A stretch of DNA of 64,000 nt from Eledone cirrhosa (GCA_964016885.1 OZ024751.1:19840001-19904000), one strand, 5' to 3'; shown: positions 41,644-55,839, counted from the first letter of the stretch. Translations and numbers: made by a program. Notes: generated from the sequence alone by a model not told the origin.

Positions 41644-41843
41644 TTATTTATGTTCATACACGGAACAAAAACGATACCCAAGGTTTCAAGGGTCAATTTT
41701 GGCCATATCTCCAGAATATAAGTGCCTGAATATTAGGTCACAATTGTTAACCCTCTTATTTGTTACCCCTCTCTGCAGACATGGTCAATATTGTGCCATG
41801 AAAACTTTGGTAGCCATTTTGTTCAGTGTATGAACATAAATAA
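41644..41843. mobile_element. 200-bp MITE with ~70-bp imperfect TIRs
   Basis: TTATTTATGTTCATACACGGAACAAAA... / ...TTTTGTTCAGTGTATGAACATAAATAA. Confidence 0.75.
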
Positions 41844-42304
41844 ATGATATAATAATATATCAGATCTCTTCCCGATTGAGCACTGTTTTACTTTTCCCGT
41901 TTTCATACCTACGGATATTTCTACATGCACACACATGTATACATGTGTATACACATGTATACACATGTATGCACATGCATACACATGCATACTCATATAT
42001 GCATATACTCATATATGCATACTCATATATGCATACAGACACACACATACAGACACACACACGCACACATACAGACTCACGCATACACTCAAGCATACAG
42101 ACTCATGCATACAGATACACATTTATACATACAGACACACAAACACACACATACACACATTTGTACATATAGACACACACACACACACATTTGTACATAT
42201 AGACACACAAACACACACAAACACACATTTGTACATACAGACACACAAACACACATTTGTACATACACAGGCACACAAACACACACATACACACACATAC
42301 ACAA

Positions 42305-42382
<78 letters not shown>

Positions 42383-43077
42383 ATATCTCTGTGTGTGTCC
42401 ATGTGTGTGTTTGTATGTACATGCATATGTGCGTTTGTGTATGCATATAAATAGACATGTTTATGTGTATATATATATGTGTGTGTGTATCTGTGTGTGA
42501 ATCTGTGTATCTGTGTGTGTCTGTGTGTATATCTCTGTGTGTGTCCATATGTGTGTTTGTATGTACATGCATATGTGCGTTTGTGTATGCATATAAATAG
42601 ACATGTTTATGTGTATATTTACATATGTATTTGTGCTTTTGTTTTAACATACGTATTTCTGTTTGCGTATTATGTATATACATTGTCGAAGATTTAGAAT
42701 ATATATATGTATATATATATATACTTATCGATATCTTCGTTTTTCTGATGATAAATAGATATGTGTGCATAAAAATATAAATAGATATAGTTATGGATAT
42801 ATATATATATATATATATGTATACATTTATATATTTGTATATAAGTGTATTTGTATATGTATAATCATATATGTATGGATTTATATGTACATATATATAT
42901 GTATGTATGTGTGTATATGTATCGATGTGTGTGTATATGTATGGATTTATATATATATATATATATGTATATGTATGTGTGTATATGTGTGTATGTATGC
43001 ATGTATGTGCTTATATGTATGGATATATATGTATATATATATGGATATAAATGTATATGGATATATATGTATGGATA

Positions 43078-43150
<73 letters not shown>

Positions 43151-43153
<3 letters not shown>

Positions 43154-43725
43154 ACTAAACATAAGATAGGGAAAGCCACCTCATGGTACGACAACCAGAG
43201 ATACCACAGTGTCATGTTCGTGGACGCTACCCCTGGAGGGAAATTAGCTAACCAGTGTAGAAAGGCCCTGAGAAAGACCCACTTAAAGATTAAGGTGGTA
43301 GAAAAGCCAGGTACCACCATAAAATCCCTGATCAGCAAAACATACCCTTTTAAGAAAACCCACTGTTCTAATAGGAAATGTGTTATATGTAAAGTAAACC
43401 TACGGATAAACTGTAAAACTAGAAACGTAGGCTATAGCATAAGATGTACAGAGGGTACTTGCAGAAACATGACAACATACATAGGCGAGACATCTCGTAG
43501 CATAGATGAAAGGATAGACCAACACTGGGGTGAAATAAAAGGACGAAAAAACGGTTCAGTACTATACGAACATGCCAGACAACAACACAACGGTAACATA
43601 GACAACATAGAAATTAAAATAATATCTAAACATAGAAATGACCCAGCAGGTAGGCAAATCAGAGAGGCAAGCGAAATAGAGCTTAGAAGGCCAAAGCTAA
43701 ACAGAAAGAATTAATGGAATAACAT
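43151..43725 (+). pseudogene. Penelope GIY-YIG endonuclease remnant with Cys-rich linker
   Basis: [59 protein letters not shown]...QH, RQIREA..I, LNRKN*W (stop at a position that is normally E). Confidence 0.88.
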
Positions 43726-44000
43726 CACCACCCAAACAAACAACACTGACCTAAGAGAAGTATAAATAAATAAATAAATACATACACAAGCACAATAACA
43801 ACAAACACATATAAACACACACTAGTAAACTAAGATAGAATACAATAACCAAAACACAGTCACCCAAACGCGAACACACATCAAACACTATACACACACG
43901 CAAACGCATGCGCAGAGTAGATAAAAATAAATAAATAAATAAATAAACAGATTAAATAAAGATGGCGTAGACATACAATACAACAGGAAGAAGATAATAG

Positions 44001-44046
44001 CACCACTGACGATGTTGCAGATGTGCAACGAAAGAACTTTGTTAGA
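44001..44046 (+). ncRNA. Decayed hammerhead motif in the Penelope 3' pLTR
   Basis: CTGACGA-T-GTTGCA(GATG)TGCAAC-GAAA is intact; stems I and III pair poorly. Confidence 0.55.
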
Positions 44047-44252
44047 CTATATACTGTATATGTGTTTGTGTCTATATTATATCTGTATTTTTGACCGTTG
44101 GTCAGTCAATAATAAACATTGAGGACCGAATAAATTAACTATGGAGATATAAAAAATACAGAAGCGAAAACCAACCAAACAGTGAGTGTGTTCTGTTATT
44201 AATTCTGGCAATATTATTACAACAATATGACCCTCCCCAAGTATAACAATAT

Positions 44253-44315
<63 letters not shown>

Positions 44316-44378
44316 GATATGTATATATATGGATATGTATGTATGAATATGTATATATATATATATATGTATGTATGG

Positions 44379-44414
<36 letters not shown>

Positions 44415-44421
44415 GGATATG

Positions 44422-44505
<84 letters not shown>

Positions 44506-44885
44506 GATATATCTATGGATGTATATATGTATGGATAGATATATGTATATATGTATGGATATATATAAGTATATATGTATGGATATATATATGTATATAT
44601 GTATGGATATATATATGTATATATGTATGGATATATATATGTATATATGTATGGATATATATATGTATATATGTATGGATATATATGTATATATGTATGT
44701 ATGGATATATATGTATATATGTATGTATGGATATATATGTATATATGTATGTATGGATGTATGGATATGTATCTATATATGTATGTATGGGTATATATGT
44801 ATTTATGTATGTATGGATATATATGTATATATGTATGTGTGTATATATGTATGTATATATATATATGTATGTGTGTATATATGTT

Positions 44886-44967
<82 letters not shown>

Positions 44968-45706
44968 GACACATACATACACACACGTATATACAGAGGC
45001 ACCAACACCAAGTTTTGCAATGAAAACATGTATGAACATACAGACATAGCGACATGAAGGGAAAGACAAATTAGTGGGAAGAGCCTTGTGGGAATATAAA
45101 TTTCTTAATATATTTATACATTGATATCTCTACTTACTTTCCACCACTATCTAGTTACACGTAGTAAATAGAGATAGGCTAATATATTAGTGATATACTA
45201 TACGTAGATGTACGCATATATCTCGTCGTATACATAGACACACACACACACACACACACAGATGCACATGCACACACTTATATATGGCTGTGTGAATGTA
45301 TGTATGTGTGTATATAGTATATATATATATATGGATGTGTATAATTACATATATACACAGACGACCAAGATAACTCAATTTCAGATAAATAATCAATAAA
45401 TATTATTATGAAAGTACAATGTATATGTGTGTATATATATTTATATATATATATGTGTGTGTGTATATATGTGTGTGTGTATATGTGCGCGTGTGTGTAT
45501 GTGTGTGTATGTGTGTGTGTATATAAGTATATGTATGTGTATGTATACATATATATATATATATGTATGTGTACATATGTAGGTATACATACGTGTACAT
45601 ATGTATGTATGCATATGTGTACATATGTATGTATACATATGTGTATAATATATGCGTATGTATACATATGTGAATATGTATGTGTGTGTGCATATATATG
45701 TGTATA

Positions 45707-45772
<66 letters not shown>

Positions 45773-47058
45773 TATAGTTAAAGATATAGATGATTGAATA
45801 TTCCAACTGGGAAAGTCGAAACTAAATTAGTAATGCATATCTTGAGATTCAAAATCCACCGTGTTGCTCTTTGTGTATATACACACACACACAGAGAGAC
45901 AGAGGGAGGGAACGAGAGAGAGAGAGGAAGAGCGAGAGAGAGAGTGAGAGAGAGAGAGAGATTTAGTATATTTAGCTGTCTATATATTGTGGTTGTCCTT
46001 ATGTAAGCCATGCCAGCTGTACTTGAAGAGAGATGAGTCGCTAGTGTTGGTGTTTGTGGGTGGTGTTGGTAAGTGTTGTAGATGATGCTGGTGTGAGATG
46101 TATTAATTCTTATGTTTTCAACAAATATGGCCTTTGTAAATTACTCCTAAACCGTCGTAAATTACTGGATCTCTGTGGTTAACACCCCACACCCGAAAAA
46201 CTCCATTACACCCGTCTTGGAGACGGGCGAGACGGATGCAATATCAACAATTTTACGCTGAGGTCCTCACAGCTCATTTTTTAGTTAATCCTGATCTAAG
46301 CATTGATCCTATCCACCAACCATTCTTCCAGTTCTTGAGACTGGTTTATTGATTTCTAATAGATCATATATTTCACTTAGCTGAATGAAAGGCAAAGTCT
46401 AGCGTGGGAGATTCGTGGTGTCGTCGCAGAAAAACGTAAATTAATTAATTCAGTCGAGATTTCTTGAACGAGGGTTGGGAAAAAGTAAGTAGAGATGGGG
46501 GAATATGAACGAGGAGGAAATATCGATAACTTTTGTCAGTTTAACAATTTCTGTTGATTTAAATACACACACTCACATATATATATATATATATATACAT
46601 ATATATGTATGTATGTGTGTGTATGTATATATATGTGTGTGTATGTATGTATATATGTATGTGTGTATATATATATATGTATGTATGTGTGTGTGTGTAT
46701 ATATATATGTATATGTATGTATGTATGTGTGTGTATGTATGTATGCATGTGTGTGTGTGTGTATATATATATGTATGTATGTGTGTATATATATATATAT
46801 GTATGTGTGTGTATATATGTATGTATGTATGTGTGTATATATGTATGTGTGTGTATATATATATATACACGCAAACACATACACGTATACATGTTATCTC
46901 ATACATACACACACATCCATACAAACGTTTAGTTATATATACGCATATATACGCATATAGACACATATATATAAGCATACATACAAACTGACATATATGT
47001 ATGTATTACATGTGTATATATAAATTTACAGAATTAATCCCGTTCATACAAGAACATT

Positions 47059-47126
<68 letters not shown>

Positions 47127-47872
47127 TTCATGTTTAAAATATTATTTCTATTGGTAAAATGTCTGCTCATTGGACGGACTGTTAGGTGGTGGATGAGGTG
47201 TAGTGTCAGACTAAATCATCATCATTATCTCCATCATAACCATTACCGCAATGATCACCATCATCATCATCGACAACATCATCATCATTGACATCGTCAT
47301 CATCGTCACCACCATCATCATCGTCACCACCACCATCATCATCGTCATCATCATCATCATCATCATCATCGTCGTCGTCGTCACCACCATCATCATCACC
47401 ACCATCATCATCATTATCACCGTCATCATCACTGCCCTCATCATCACCACCATCATCATCATCATCATCATCATAACTAACACCATCACCGTAATCTTCA
47501 CAACCATCATCACCATCAAAGCCACTATCCCCATCATCAGCATCATCATCATTATTGACAAAAGCTTGTTCTTACGCCAGTGGCATAATATATCGTCTTC
47601 TGTGGTCAGTGTTCGTTCTAAGATCGATCACCAATAGTCACGCCACCTCTGCCTCCCTCCCACGAGTGTCTTGACCATGGTTTTCTATAGATGTCTTCAG
47701 TTCACCTACACCCAGCCACGCCCCACCCCCGTCTCCAATGGGGTTCTGTTGACCAAATAATGAAATGGCCCTTCAATGGGGTTCTTTACTATTGTAAACC
47801 ATAGCAAATGGACTATGTGAAGTCACAGATCCTTTGGCCGTCTGAAAACATCTGACTGATAAAATAAGTCAG

Positions 47873-48185
47873 TCAATCATGCTGGTGGCCTCGCCACAGC
47901 CCGGCAGACAGAATAGAGAAGGCGTTTCCCCGGAGGACGGCAAGGGAGACGCGCTGGAAAAGCCACTCCAACTCGTGGGGTTCACATCTGTGGCTGGCCA
48001 ACTCAGCGCCTATGGTGGTGAGTAGGGAGGTAGCTCTAGGGCCGAGGAAACCAGAAGTCTCAACTGCTAAGGGTACAACCGCAAACCTGTCGGAGAGCGA
48101 CCGGTATTTGAAGAGTTTGGCCTCCTCAGCCCGACGTGCAGCAGAACCTGGGTTAGTCACAGACTGCATCAGGTTGCGGCTGGAG
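47873..48185 (-). mobile_element. CRE-like non-LTR retrotransposon 3' fragment (REL endonuclease tail)
   Basis: GSAARRAEEAKLFKYRSL..F.VVPLAVETSG.LG...FQRVSLAVLRGNA: the K..KY, P.avEt.G and RGNA motifs typical of CRE clade C-termini. Confidence 0.85.
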
Positions 48186-48190
48186 AAATG

Positions 48191-48617
48191 AAATGGCTCT
48201 CCAATGAGGTTCTGTTAACCAGATAATAAAATGGCTCTCCAATGAGGTTATGTTAACCAGATAATGAAATGGCTCTCCAATAAGGTTATGTTAACCAGAT
48301 AATAAAATGGCTCTCCAATGAGGTTATGTTAACCAGATAATAAAATGGCTCTCCAATGAGGTTATGTTAACCAGATAATGAAATGGCTCTCCAATAAGGT
48401 TATGTTAACCAGATAATAAAATGGCTCTCCAATGAGGTTATGTTAAACAGATAATAAAATGGCTCTCCAATGAGGTTATGTTAAACAGATAATAAAATGG
48501 CTCTCCAATGAGGTTATGTTAAACAGATAATAAAATGGCTCTCCAATGAGGTTATGTTAAACAGATAATAAAATGGCTCTCCAATGAGGTTATGTTAAAC
48601 AGATAATAAAATGGCTG
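48191..48617. repeat. 38-bp minisatellite, 11 copies plus a partial
   Basis: Unit AAATGGCTCTCCAATGAGGTTATGTTAA(C/A)CAGATAAT(A/G); degenerate units at 47733-47790. Confidence 0.95.
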
Positions 48618-48789
48618 GCTGAACTGTAACCCTTTAGAATTACAGATAAATAGTAACTGGCAAGTTATAACCTTATTATTCCTGATATTTTGTTGGTCAA
48701 TTGAGATGAGGTCACCTTATATGTGTTCATTGGTCACCTGCTTAATTGTTACCTCTCAGATTTAATGAAATGACATGGCATGCATGCAC

Positions 48790-49130
48790 GGACCCGTAAC
48801 TCCCAAGGGTGTCATAGGGGCGCCGTATTGACTGACATACAGCATTTCTAGATCATTTTAAAACCCGGCTGAGCCCATCTTCTCTCCAGGTCTGAATATA
48901 ACAGATTTTTTTTCCAGAGAAGGATAGAGAGAGTGGGAGAAAGGAAGGAAGTGTGAATGAGATATAGAGGAAGAATCGATCCCTGTGCTAGACTGGTACT
49001 TACTTATGGGCCATAAATGGATGAAAGGCAAAGTTGACCTCGGCGGGATTTGAACTCAAATAGCAGAGCGTTAAAACGAATAACGCAAACCATTTTATCC
49101 GTCGTTCTAACAACTCTGCTAATTCACTGC
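48790..49130 (-). mobile_element. SINE family 1 long-tailed subfamily
   Basis: Core plus a tail shared with 4852-5100 and 52350-52444. Confidence 0.75.
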
Positions 49131-50249
49131 TTAATGATATAGCAAGCTGTCTTAACTTCTGGTGGAGCTGTAGGGGTACTGTAGTGATATACACCGTGTT
49201 TTGGGAGTTTAAACCTGGTGGAGCCCGTTCACCCCCCCCCCCCCCCCCATCAAATCTTAACCACTTTTGTCCCACACCTTCACTAAACAACAGTGAATTA
49301 GTAATACTACAACACAGCATGATATAACACAAGTTCTTAGTGACACGACCAAATACACTTAATTCTAGGAAGTATTCAAAGTTTCCATGCTGCGTGTATT
49401 TGTGTTAGCAATGTCTACCAGTCGCCAAATTAACATAGCTATGCAAATTAGCTCACACTATATGAAATAAGATTTATTCTAGGCATGCATGTCTGTATGT
49501 ATGAATGGATGGATGGATGTATGTGCGATTGTATAGCTGGTTGGATGGATAAATCCATAACTTCTGGTGGTGGTGTAGAGGTGGCATAGTGATATACGGC
49601 GTGTCTTGGGCATGTTAAACCCTGACAAAACCCATTCCCGCTCCATGTCTTAGATACACTACGCCTGAAAACATTGGCTAATGTAGTCTTAGATATTCTA
49701 TGCCTGAAAACATTGGCTAATGTAGTCTTAGATACACTTCGTCTGAAAATAAAAATAAAACTGGGGGAGAATCACGGCCAGAATGCCTTTGCTCATAGGT
49801 CTGTCCCATTAAGAGTGACCCAGGGTTAAACAATAACATCAACATTAATGTAAAGATCTGAAGTTCAAATCCCACTCCAGGAAATGAAAATGTCTGGTGT
49901 TGTCTTTAAGGGATCACATATTAGTCTCCGACAGACCCCCAAACTAGCCGAAATAACAAGAAAATAAATAGGGAGCTAATCTCGCTGCATGGCTGGGTGG
50001 TTGGTAATTGAGTAGGGGTTAGATCGTTATTGGGTAGGGGTACACCACAGCTGTAATAACATCTTGTTGGAGATATATATACCACCCATGTTAACATGGG
50101 TCATTGTCATCTCGAACATTATAATTACTATCATCATCACCACCATCGCCACCACTATCACTCCCTTCATTTGACGCCGTCATCATCATCATCATCATCA
50201 TCATCATCACCACCATCGCCACCACTATCGCTCCCTTCATTTGACGCCG

Positions 50250-50298
<49 letters not shown>

Positions 50299-50359
50299 TA
50301 CCAATCACCTTCATCATTATTACCACCATCACCACCATCATCACTTTCACCACAACAGC

Positions 50360-50398
<39 letters not shown>

Positions 50399-50721
50399 TA
50401 ACATCATCAATAGCATTGCCATCACCACTATTGCTTTAATTTCCATCACCATCATCACTGCCATCATCATTATCATCACTTGTGTCAATACCATCACCAT
50501 GGCCATCAACACCATCACCACAAAGCCAACATTATCACCTTACCATCTCCATCAACATTATAGCAACTACTATCATCCTCACCACCACCACCACCACCAT
50601 CATCATCATGAGCATCATAACCACCATAAGTATTACCATCATCAATATCATGATCCTCACCGCCACCATCTCCACCACAAGAACAACAACAACAACAACA
50701 TGTTGTTGCTGTTATTATTAT

Positions 50722-51203
50722 AGGTTGACTTTGCCTTTCATCCTTACGGGGTCGATAAAATAAAGTACCAGTAATGTACTGGGTAATTGCTGGTCTTGTG
50801 CCTAAAGTAGAAACAATTATTATCATTTATGGCGGTGGATTGGCAGTATCGGTAGAGGGCCGGACGCCATGTTTTCTAGCATAGTTACGTCCCTTTATGA
50901 TCTTATTTCAAATCCTGCCGAGGTTAACTTTGCCTTTCATCCATACGGGGGTCGATAAAATAAAGTACCAGTAATGTACTGGGTAATTGCTGGTCTTGTG
51001 CCTAAAGTAGAAACAATTATTATAATTTATCCCTAGGCATTTAGTTACGTCCCTTTACGTTGAGTTAAAATCCCGCGAGGTTAGCTTTGCCTTTAATCTT
51101 TCCTGGGCCGATAAATAAAGTACCGGTCAATTACGGGGGGTCGATATAATAAAATGCCCCCCCCCCCCCTAAAATTGCTGCTCTAGTATCTAAATTAGAA
51201 ACC
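50722..51203 (+). mobile_element. Cluster of three SINE family 1 copies
   Basis: ~50722-50815, 50830-51015 and 51043-51203. Confidence 0.85.
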
Positions 51204-51575
51204 ATTAATGTCTTTACTTTAATACTGCAAGTTTTCACAACGATTTGTTCACTAGTAAAGATACTATAAACATTTGAATTAACAAACCACATGAAACTAT
51301 ATTAGCAGGGCATTCTTGAAAAGTACAAAACAACACTGTGATTGCATCACATTAAGTATTAATGTCTTTACTCTAATACTGCAAATTTTCACAACGATTT
51401 GTTCACTAGTAAAGATACTATGAACATTTGAATTAACAAGCCACATGAAACTTTAATAACAAGACATTCTTGAAAAATATAAAACATCACATGAAATATC
51501 AAAGTTTTTGCCCTAATACTGCAAATTTTCACAATGACCTGGCCACTAGTAAAGATACTATAAACATTTGAATTT
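51204..51575. repeat. ~150-bp tandem repeat, 2.5 copies
   Basis: TAATACTGCAA.TTTTCACAA...CACTAGTAAAGATACTAT.AACATTTGAATT occurs three times. Confidence 0.85.
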
Positions 51576-51708
51576 TTTTTAAATCAGTTTTTATACATTT
51601 AGGATATTAAGAGTTGTATGTATGTATGTGTGTATGTATGTATGTATGTATGTATGTATGTATGTATGTATGTATGTATGTATTATGTATGTATGTATGT
51701 ATGTATGT

Positions 51709-51871
51709 GCCCAGCACTATGTGTCAGTAATTGTCACAAGTGTAGTGTTTGTACCAGAGTTTTCAAGTCGCTGGCTGGACTAAAAAGTCACACTCGTTCA
51801 GCGCATCGGTAGGGGTTCTCCTACATGGATATAAAGTAGTGGTCGTACTCGAAAACGAGTTGGCAGCCACC
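51709..51871 (+). mobile_element. 3' fragment of the RTE-like element, inserted in (TATG)n
   Basis: Matches the 3' 165 bp of 32744-33157; encodes CSVCTRVFKSLAGLKSHTRSAHR*. Confidence 0.8.
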
Positions 51872-52113
51872 ATGTATGTATGTATGTATGTATGTATGTA
51901 TGTATGTTCTTCTGGTTTTATTTCACAAATGTTTGCCAATAGGGAGAGTCGGTTTCAACAAGATTCTCTCATTAGAATTTACACATCAACTAAGGTAGTT
52001 ATGTATGTCTGCATGCATGCATGTGTAGATATTATTGTATGTGTGTATGTGTATGTTTTGAGTTGTATGTGTGCATGTGCATATGCTTTGTAGCTGTACA
52101 TGTGTATATGTAA

Positions 52114-52340
52114 TTAGATGCAGAATTTTTGGAATGTTTTACATATTTTTACTGTTCCATTAATGGATTGTACTTGTAATTTCCTAACTAGTTGTGTTCT
52201 TTCTGTTTCTGTGGAGCTCAGCTTCTCAAGATTTGTATTGAGGCCGTTACTAACATACCCCAGTGCCCCAATAACCACAGGCATAAATCTGAAGGTATAG
52301 TCAGGGTGGAGTATCTGCAGATTTCTCATTAGTTCACGTA
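52114..52340 (-). mobile_element. R4/Dong-like REL non-LTR retrotransposon 3' fragment
   Basis: ELMRNLQILHPDYTFRFMPVVIGALG...LQVQSINGTVKICKTF: the PvviGalG / LQ...GT..I C-terminal signature. Confidence 0.7.
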
Positions 52341-52727
52341 TGTATGTATGGTCCTGTAACCCCTGATCGTTGTAGGTGCGCCATATTGACATCCGGCGTT
52401 TCTTGGTCATTTTAAGCCAGGTCGAGCCCATCCTTCTCCAGGCCTATTAAGAGTTGATAAACGTTTAATCACCGATTAGTAATTCTTATTTGATTATTAA
52501 TTCTTTTATTTTCTGTTTATTTATTCTAATATTCTTATATTCTTTTTACAGTCATTGGATGCGACCATACTGGAGCACCACCTTCAACCACTCACTGCTG
52601 AGCATATTGACAACAATACTTACTTCATCAGTCTGGTAGGTGTCTTATTATATTTTATCCATGTATTTATTAAATGGTTGATAGCTCTTGACATAAAGAG
52701 ATGTAACTTGAAGTACTATTCTCTCCC

Positions 52728-52782
<55 letters not shown>

Positions 52783-53289
52783 ATATAAGATTTCAAATTT
52801 CAACCAGCATAGGACCTAGATATTATATATAGTCTCTTTCTCAACAAGGAAGATAAAAAAAAAACTTTCCTCGACACTTAATTTTAAATCTTTAATTTTT
52901 AGTTTTTAATTCTTATTAATTCTTTTTAATTGTAATACTCAACATTTGATAAGATGAATTTTACTATTACATCGAAACCGGCAATACTTTATATACTTTA
53001 TAAAACTCTTTTTTAAAAGAATTGTCCCTCTCATTTTTTCAATAATGTCACTTTGACGAATCAAAGAAAGGAAAAAAAAAGAAAAACAGACCCTTAAATA
53101 TATTTTCCGTGCTATTTTCAATTTCACCTTTTCTCTATAACCACTGTTTTGTATAGTACCTTACTTCCCTTTTCATATATATATATATATATAATGAAAA
53201 ATTGAACAGGGACAGAACAGAGAGGCAGTACAATAAATGTTTATTAAATTCACGCTCAGGAGAGTGGGGGTATATATTATAATAATAAT

Positions 53290-53463
53290 TGTTTCTACGT
53301 TAGACACAAGGCCAGCAATTACCCAGTGCATTACTGGTACTTTATTTTATCGACCCCGTAAGGATGAAAGGCAAAGTCAACCTCGGCGGGATTTGAACTC
53401 AGATCGTAAAGGGACGTAACTATGCTGGAAAGCATGGCGTCCGACCCTCTACCGATACTGCCA
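53290..53463 (-). mobile_element. SINE family 1, full length
   Basis: Near-identical reverse complement of 674-847. Confidence 0.9.
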
Positions 53464-53614
53464 ATGTAATAATAATAATTATTATTATGTGTTATAAAGG
53501 ATGAACATTTTTTAAACATAGATTGTATATGAGATATCTATAAATGTATTTTTAAAAAAACTACTATCAAACCATATATCTATCATTTGTCAGACGATTG
53601 TGATACTGATTACA

Positions 53615-53792
53615 ATAAGACGGGCTTCCACATAGTTTCTATCTCCGAAATTCTATTCGCAAGGTATTGGCCAACACCAAGGCTATAGTAGGTAGTAGAA
53701 AAACAAAAACACTTGTCCAAAATACCGCACAGTAGGATCGAACCTGAAACTATGTGGTCGTAGCATAGTGGACGTCTTGACAACATGGCTTT
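53615..53792 (-). mobile_element. tRNA-derived SINE family 2 (degenerate)
   Basis: Minus strand GGTTCGATCC B-box, GGACAAGTG, CTACTATAGCC..GGCCAATACCTTGCGA..GAAACT..GAAGCCCGTC; related copy at ~63045-63145 (+). Confidence 0.6.
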
Positions 53793-54091
53793 CCTTTAAA
53801 AAAAAAAAAAAGGTTCTCCTCCCTATAGTTAAATACCTACAGTTAAAAATAGATTTGACATTTTCCTTGTTTTGTTCCTTCGTATGCACTGCTGAGAAGG
53901 GAAAGGGTGGGGTTGTTGGCATATATGGTAATATAGTAAGTATATGTAAAACTATATGTAGAAGTTCTATTTAAATTGTTGGGATACAACAAGCAAATAT
54001 TTTTATAACTGATATAAAGCACTCAACAAATTATTGTAGTAAAAATACGATATATTAACAAATGGAAACTATATTTATAAAAACCATATTT

Positions 54092-54154
54092 ATTTCATTA
54101 TACATATTTCAAGGACACCAAGTTAAATTATGGTGTGCTTTCGTCAGATAAAAT
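54092..54154 (-). ncRNA. Minimal hammerhead ribozyme (family G, divergent copy) in cassette 53960-54210
   Basis: ATTTTAT-CTGACGA-AAGCACACCA(TAATTTAACT)TGGTGTCCTT-GAAA-TATGTA-TA-ATGAAAT; two compensatory pairs relative to 37720-37782. Confidence 0.85.
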
Positions 54155-54357
54155 ATAATATAGATCAGTTTTATTAATAAATATTGACATACCCTTAAAG
54201 AATGCAACCATTTATGTTGGATGCTCCCGGATAGTGGGGTTATAAAACTATATATATATGGTATGTACAGTTAAACAAGTATGTGTGTATGGTCTGAATA
54301 ATGAATATAAATGGACGGATTTCAATGTGCTGGTTATTGTTATTTGGATTAGAAATA

Positions 54358-54798
54358 ATCGGTAGAGCGTCGGAAAACATGCTTTGCGACATATAATTAC
54401 GCCTCTTTATATTCTGAGTTCAAATCCTGCCGAGGTTAGCTTTGCCTTTTATCCATACTATCCATACGGGGTCAATAAAATAAAGTACCAGTCACGCAGT
54501 AGGGGGGGGGGGGTAATCGGCTTCCCCTTCCCCCCAAATATCCTGGCCTTGTGCCTATGTAAGAAACCGTTATTGTTATGTGGATTGGCAGAGTCGGTAG
54601 AGCGTCGGACAACATGCTTTGCGCCATATAGTTACGGCTGTTTATATTCTGAATTCAAATCCCGAAGATGTTAGCTTTACCTTTTATTCTTACGGGGATC
54701 GATAGAATAAAGTACCAGTAATGCACTGGTGTCGATTTGCTCGACTTACCTCTTCCCTTCCCTTCAAATTGCTGACCTGGTGCCGAATAATGTAGAAA
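54358..54798 (+). mobile_element. Two tandem older SINE family 1 copies
   Basis: ~54358-54568 and 54581-54798. Confidence 0.8.
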
Positions 54799-54962
54799 GT
54801 TATTTCTATTATTATCATTATTAACAGTACTGATGTTGACTAAGTAGAAGAGATGGCTGGGAGAAGGGAGAGGTATTGTTTCCTTAGAGTTGAAGGTTAA
54901 ATCTAGTTCAGTGTATTAGTAGACTGAAAAAATAAGGAGTTAGTATAAAAGCAACAACAAAA

Positions 54963-54997
<35 letters not shown>

Positions 54998-55801
54998 TAG
55001 AAATAAGTCCCTAAAGCAAAATAAAAATAAAATGTCCCCAAATGTAAAGAGTGCAAAAAGAAAATAAACTAGAACAAAAAAAATAGTGTTGGCTTTAGCC
55101 CTTTATATTGTCAGGGTTTTGTTAGGTTTTTTTTTCCTTTGTTTCCTATGGGTGATTTTTTTTCTTTTAAAATTTTTTTTATATATATTTTCTACTCTAT
55201 TATTAGTGTTGTTGTTGTTATAATAACCGCCTTCCTTGCTGTGTTATAAGCCCCGAATAATCTGACCTCTGGATGTCATTGAAGTGCTACAAATAAAAAA
55301 TCCCTTTGTTCTAAGATTACAGTAAATGCTCCGAGTTGACTGAGCATTATAGCAATATCAATAAGGGCAGATTTAATTATTGATTAAATAGCAGTTGTCT
55401 CTTCCTTCTTCTATATCTCTCATCCTCTCTGCTTTTTCATCTCTCTCTCACTCTTCCTCTCCCTCACTCTTCCTCTTCCTCTCTCCCTCACTCGTCCTCC
55501 CCCTCTCTTTTCGTCTATCCCTCTCTACTTCTCTCTTTACTCTCTCGTTCTTTCCTGCTCTTTACTCTCTCCTTACTTTTCTCCTTACTCTCTCCTTCTC
55601 TCCTCCTCTCCTTCTTTACACTTTTTCTCTTTTTTCCTCCTTTCCTCTCCCTCATTACTCTCTCTTTACCTCCCTTCCTCTCTCTCTCATTACTCTCCCT
55701 CTCTCTCCTCTCACTCTTTCAGCAACTGGTTTTTGTTTTCAATGTGCGTATGTCTGTATATCTGTGTATATATGTGCGTGTGTCAGTCAGTTTGTGTATG
55801 T

Positions 55802-55839
<38 letters not shown>

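Larger units (their letters stand above)
43151..44120 (+). mobile_element. 5'-truncated Penelope-like element (Neptune-type) inserted in (TA)n
   Basis: GIY-YIG ORF remnant followed by a 3' non-coding region with a hammerhead-like motif and AATAAA at ~44111. Confidence 0.85.

Noticed and set aside
48191-48617. CRISPR-like 38-bp regular repeat
   Set aside because: Units are contiguous with no unique spacers, there are no cas genes, and the context is eukaryotic.
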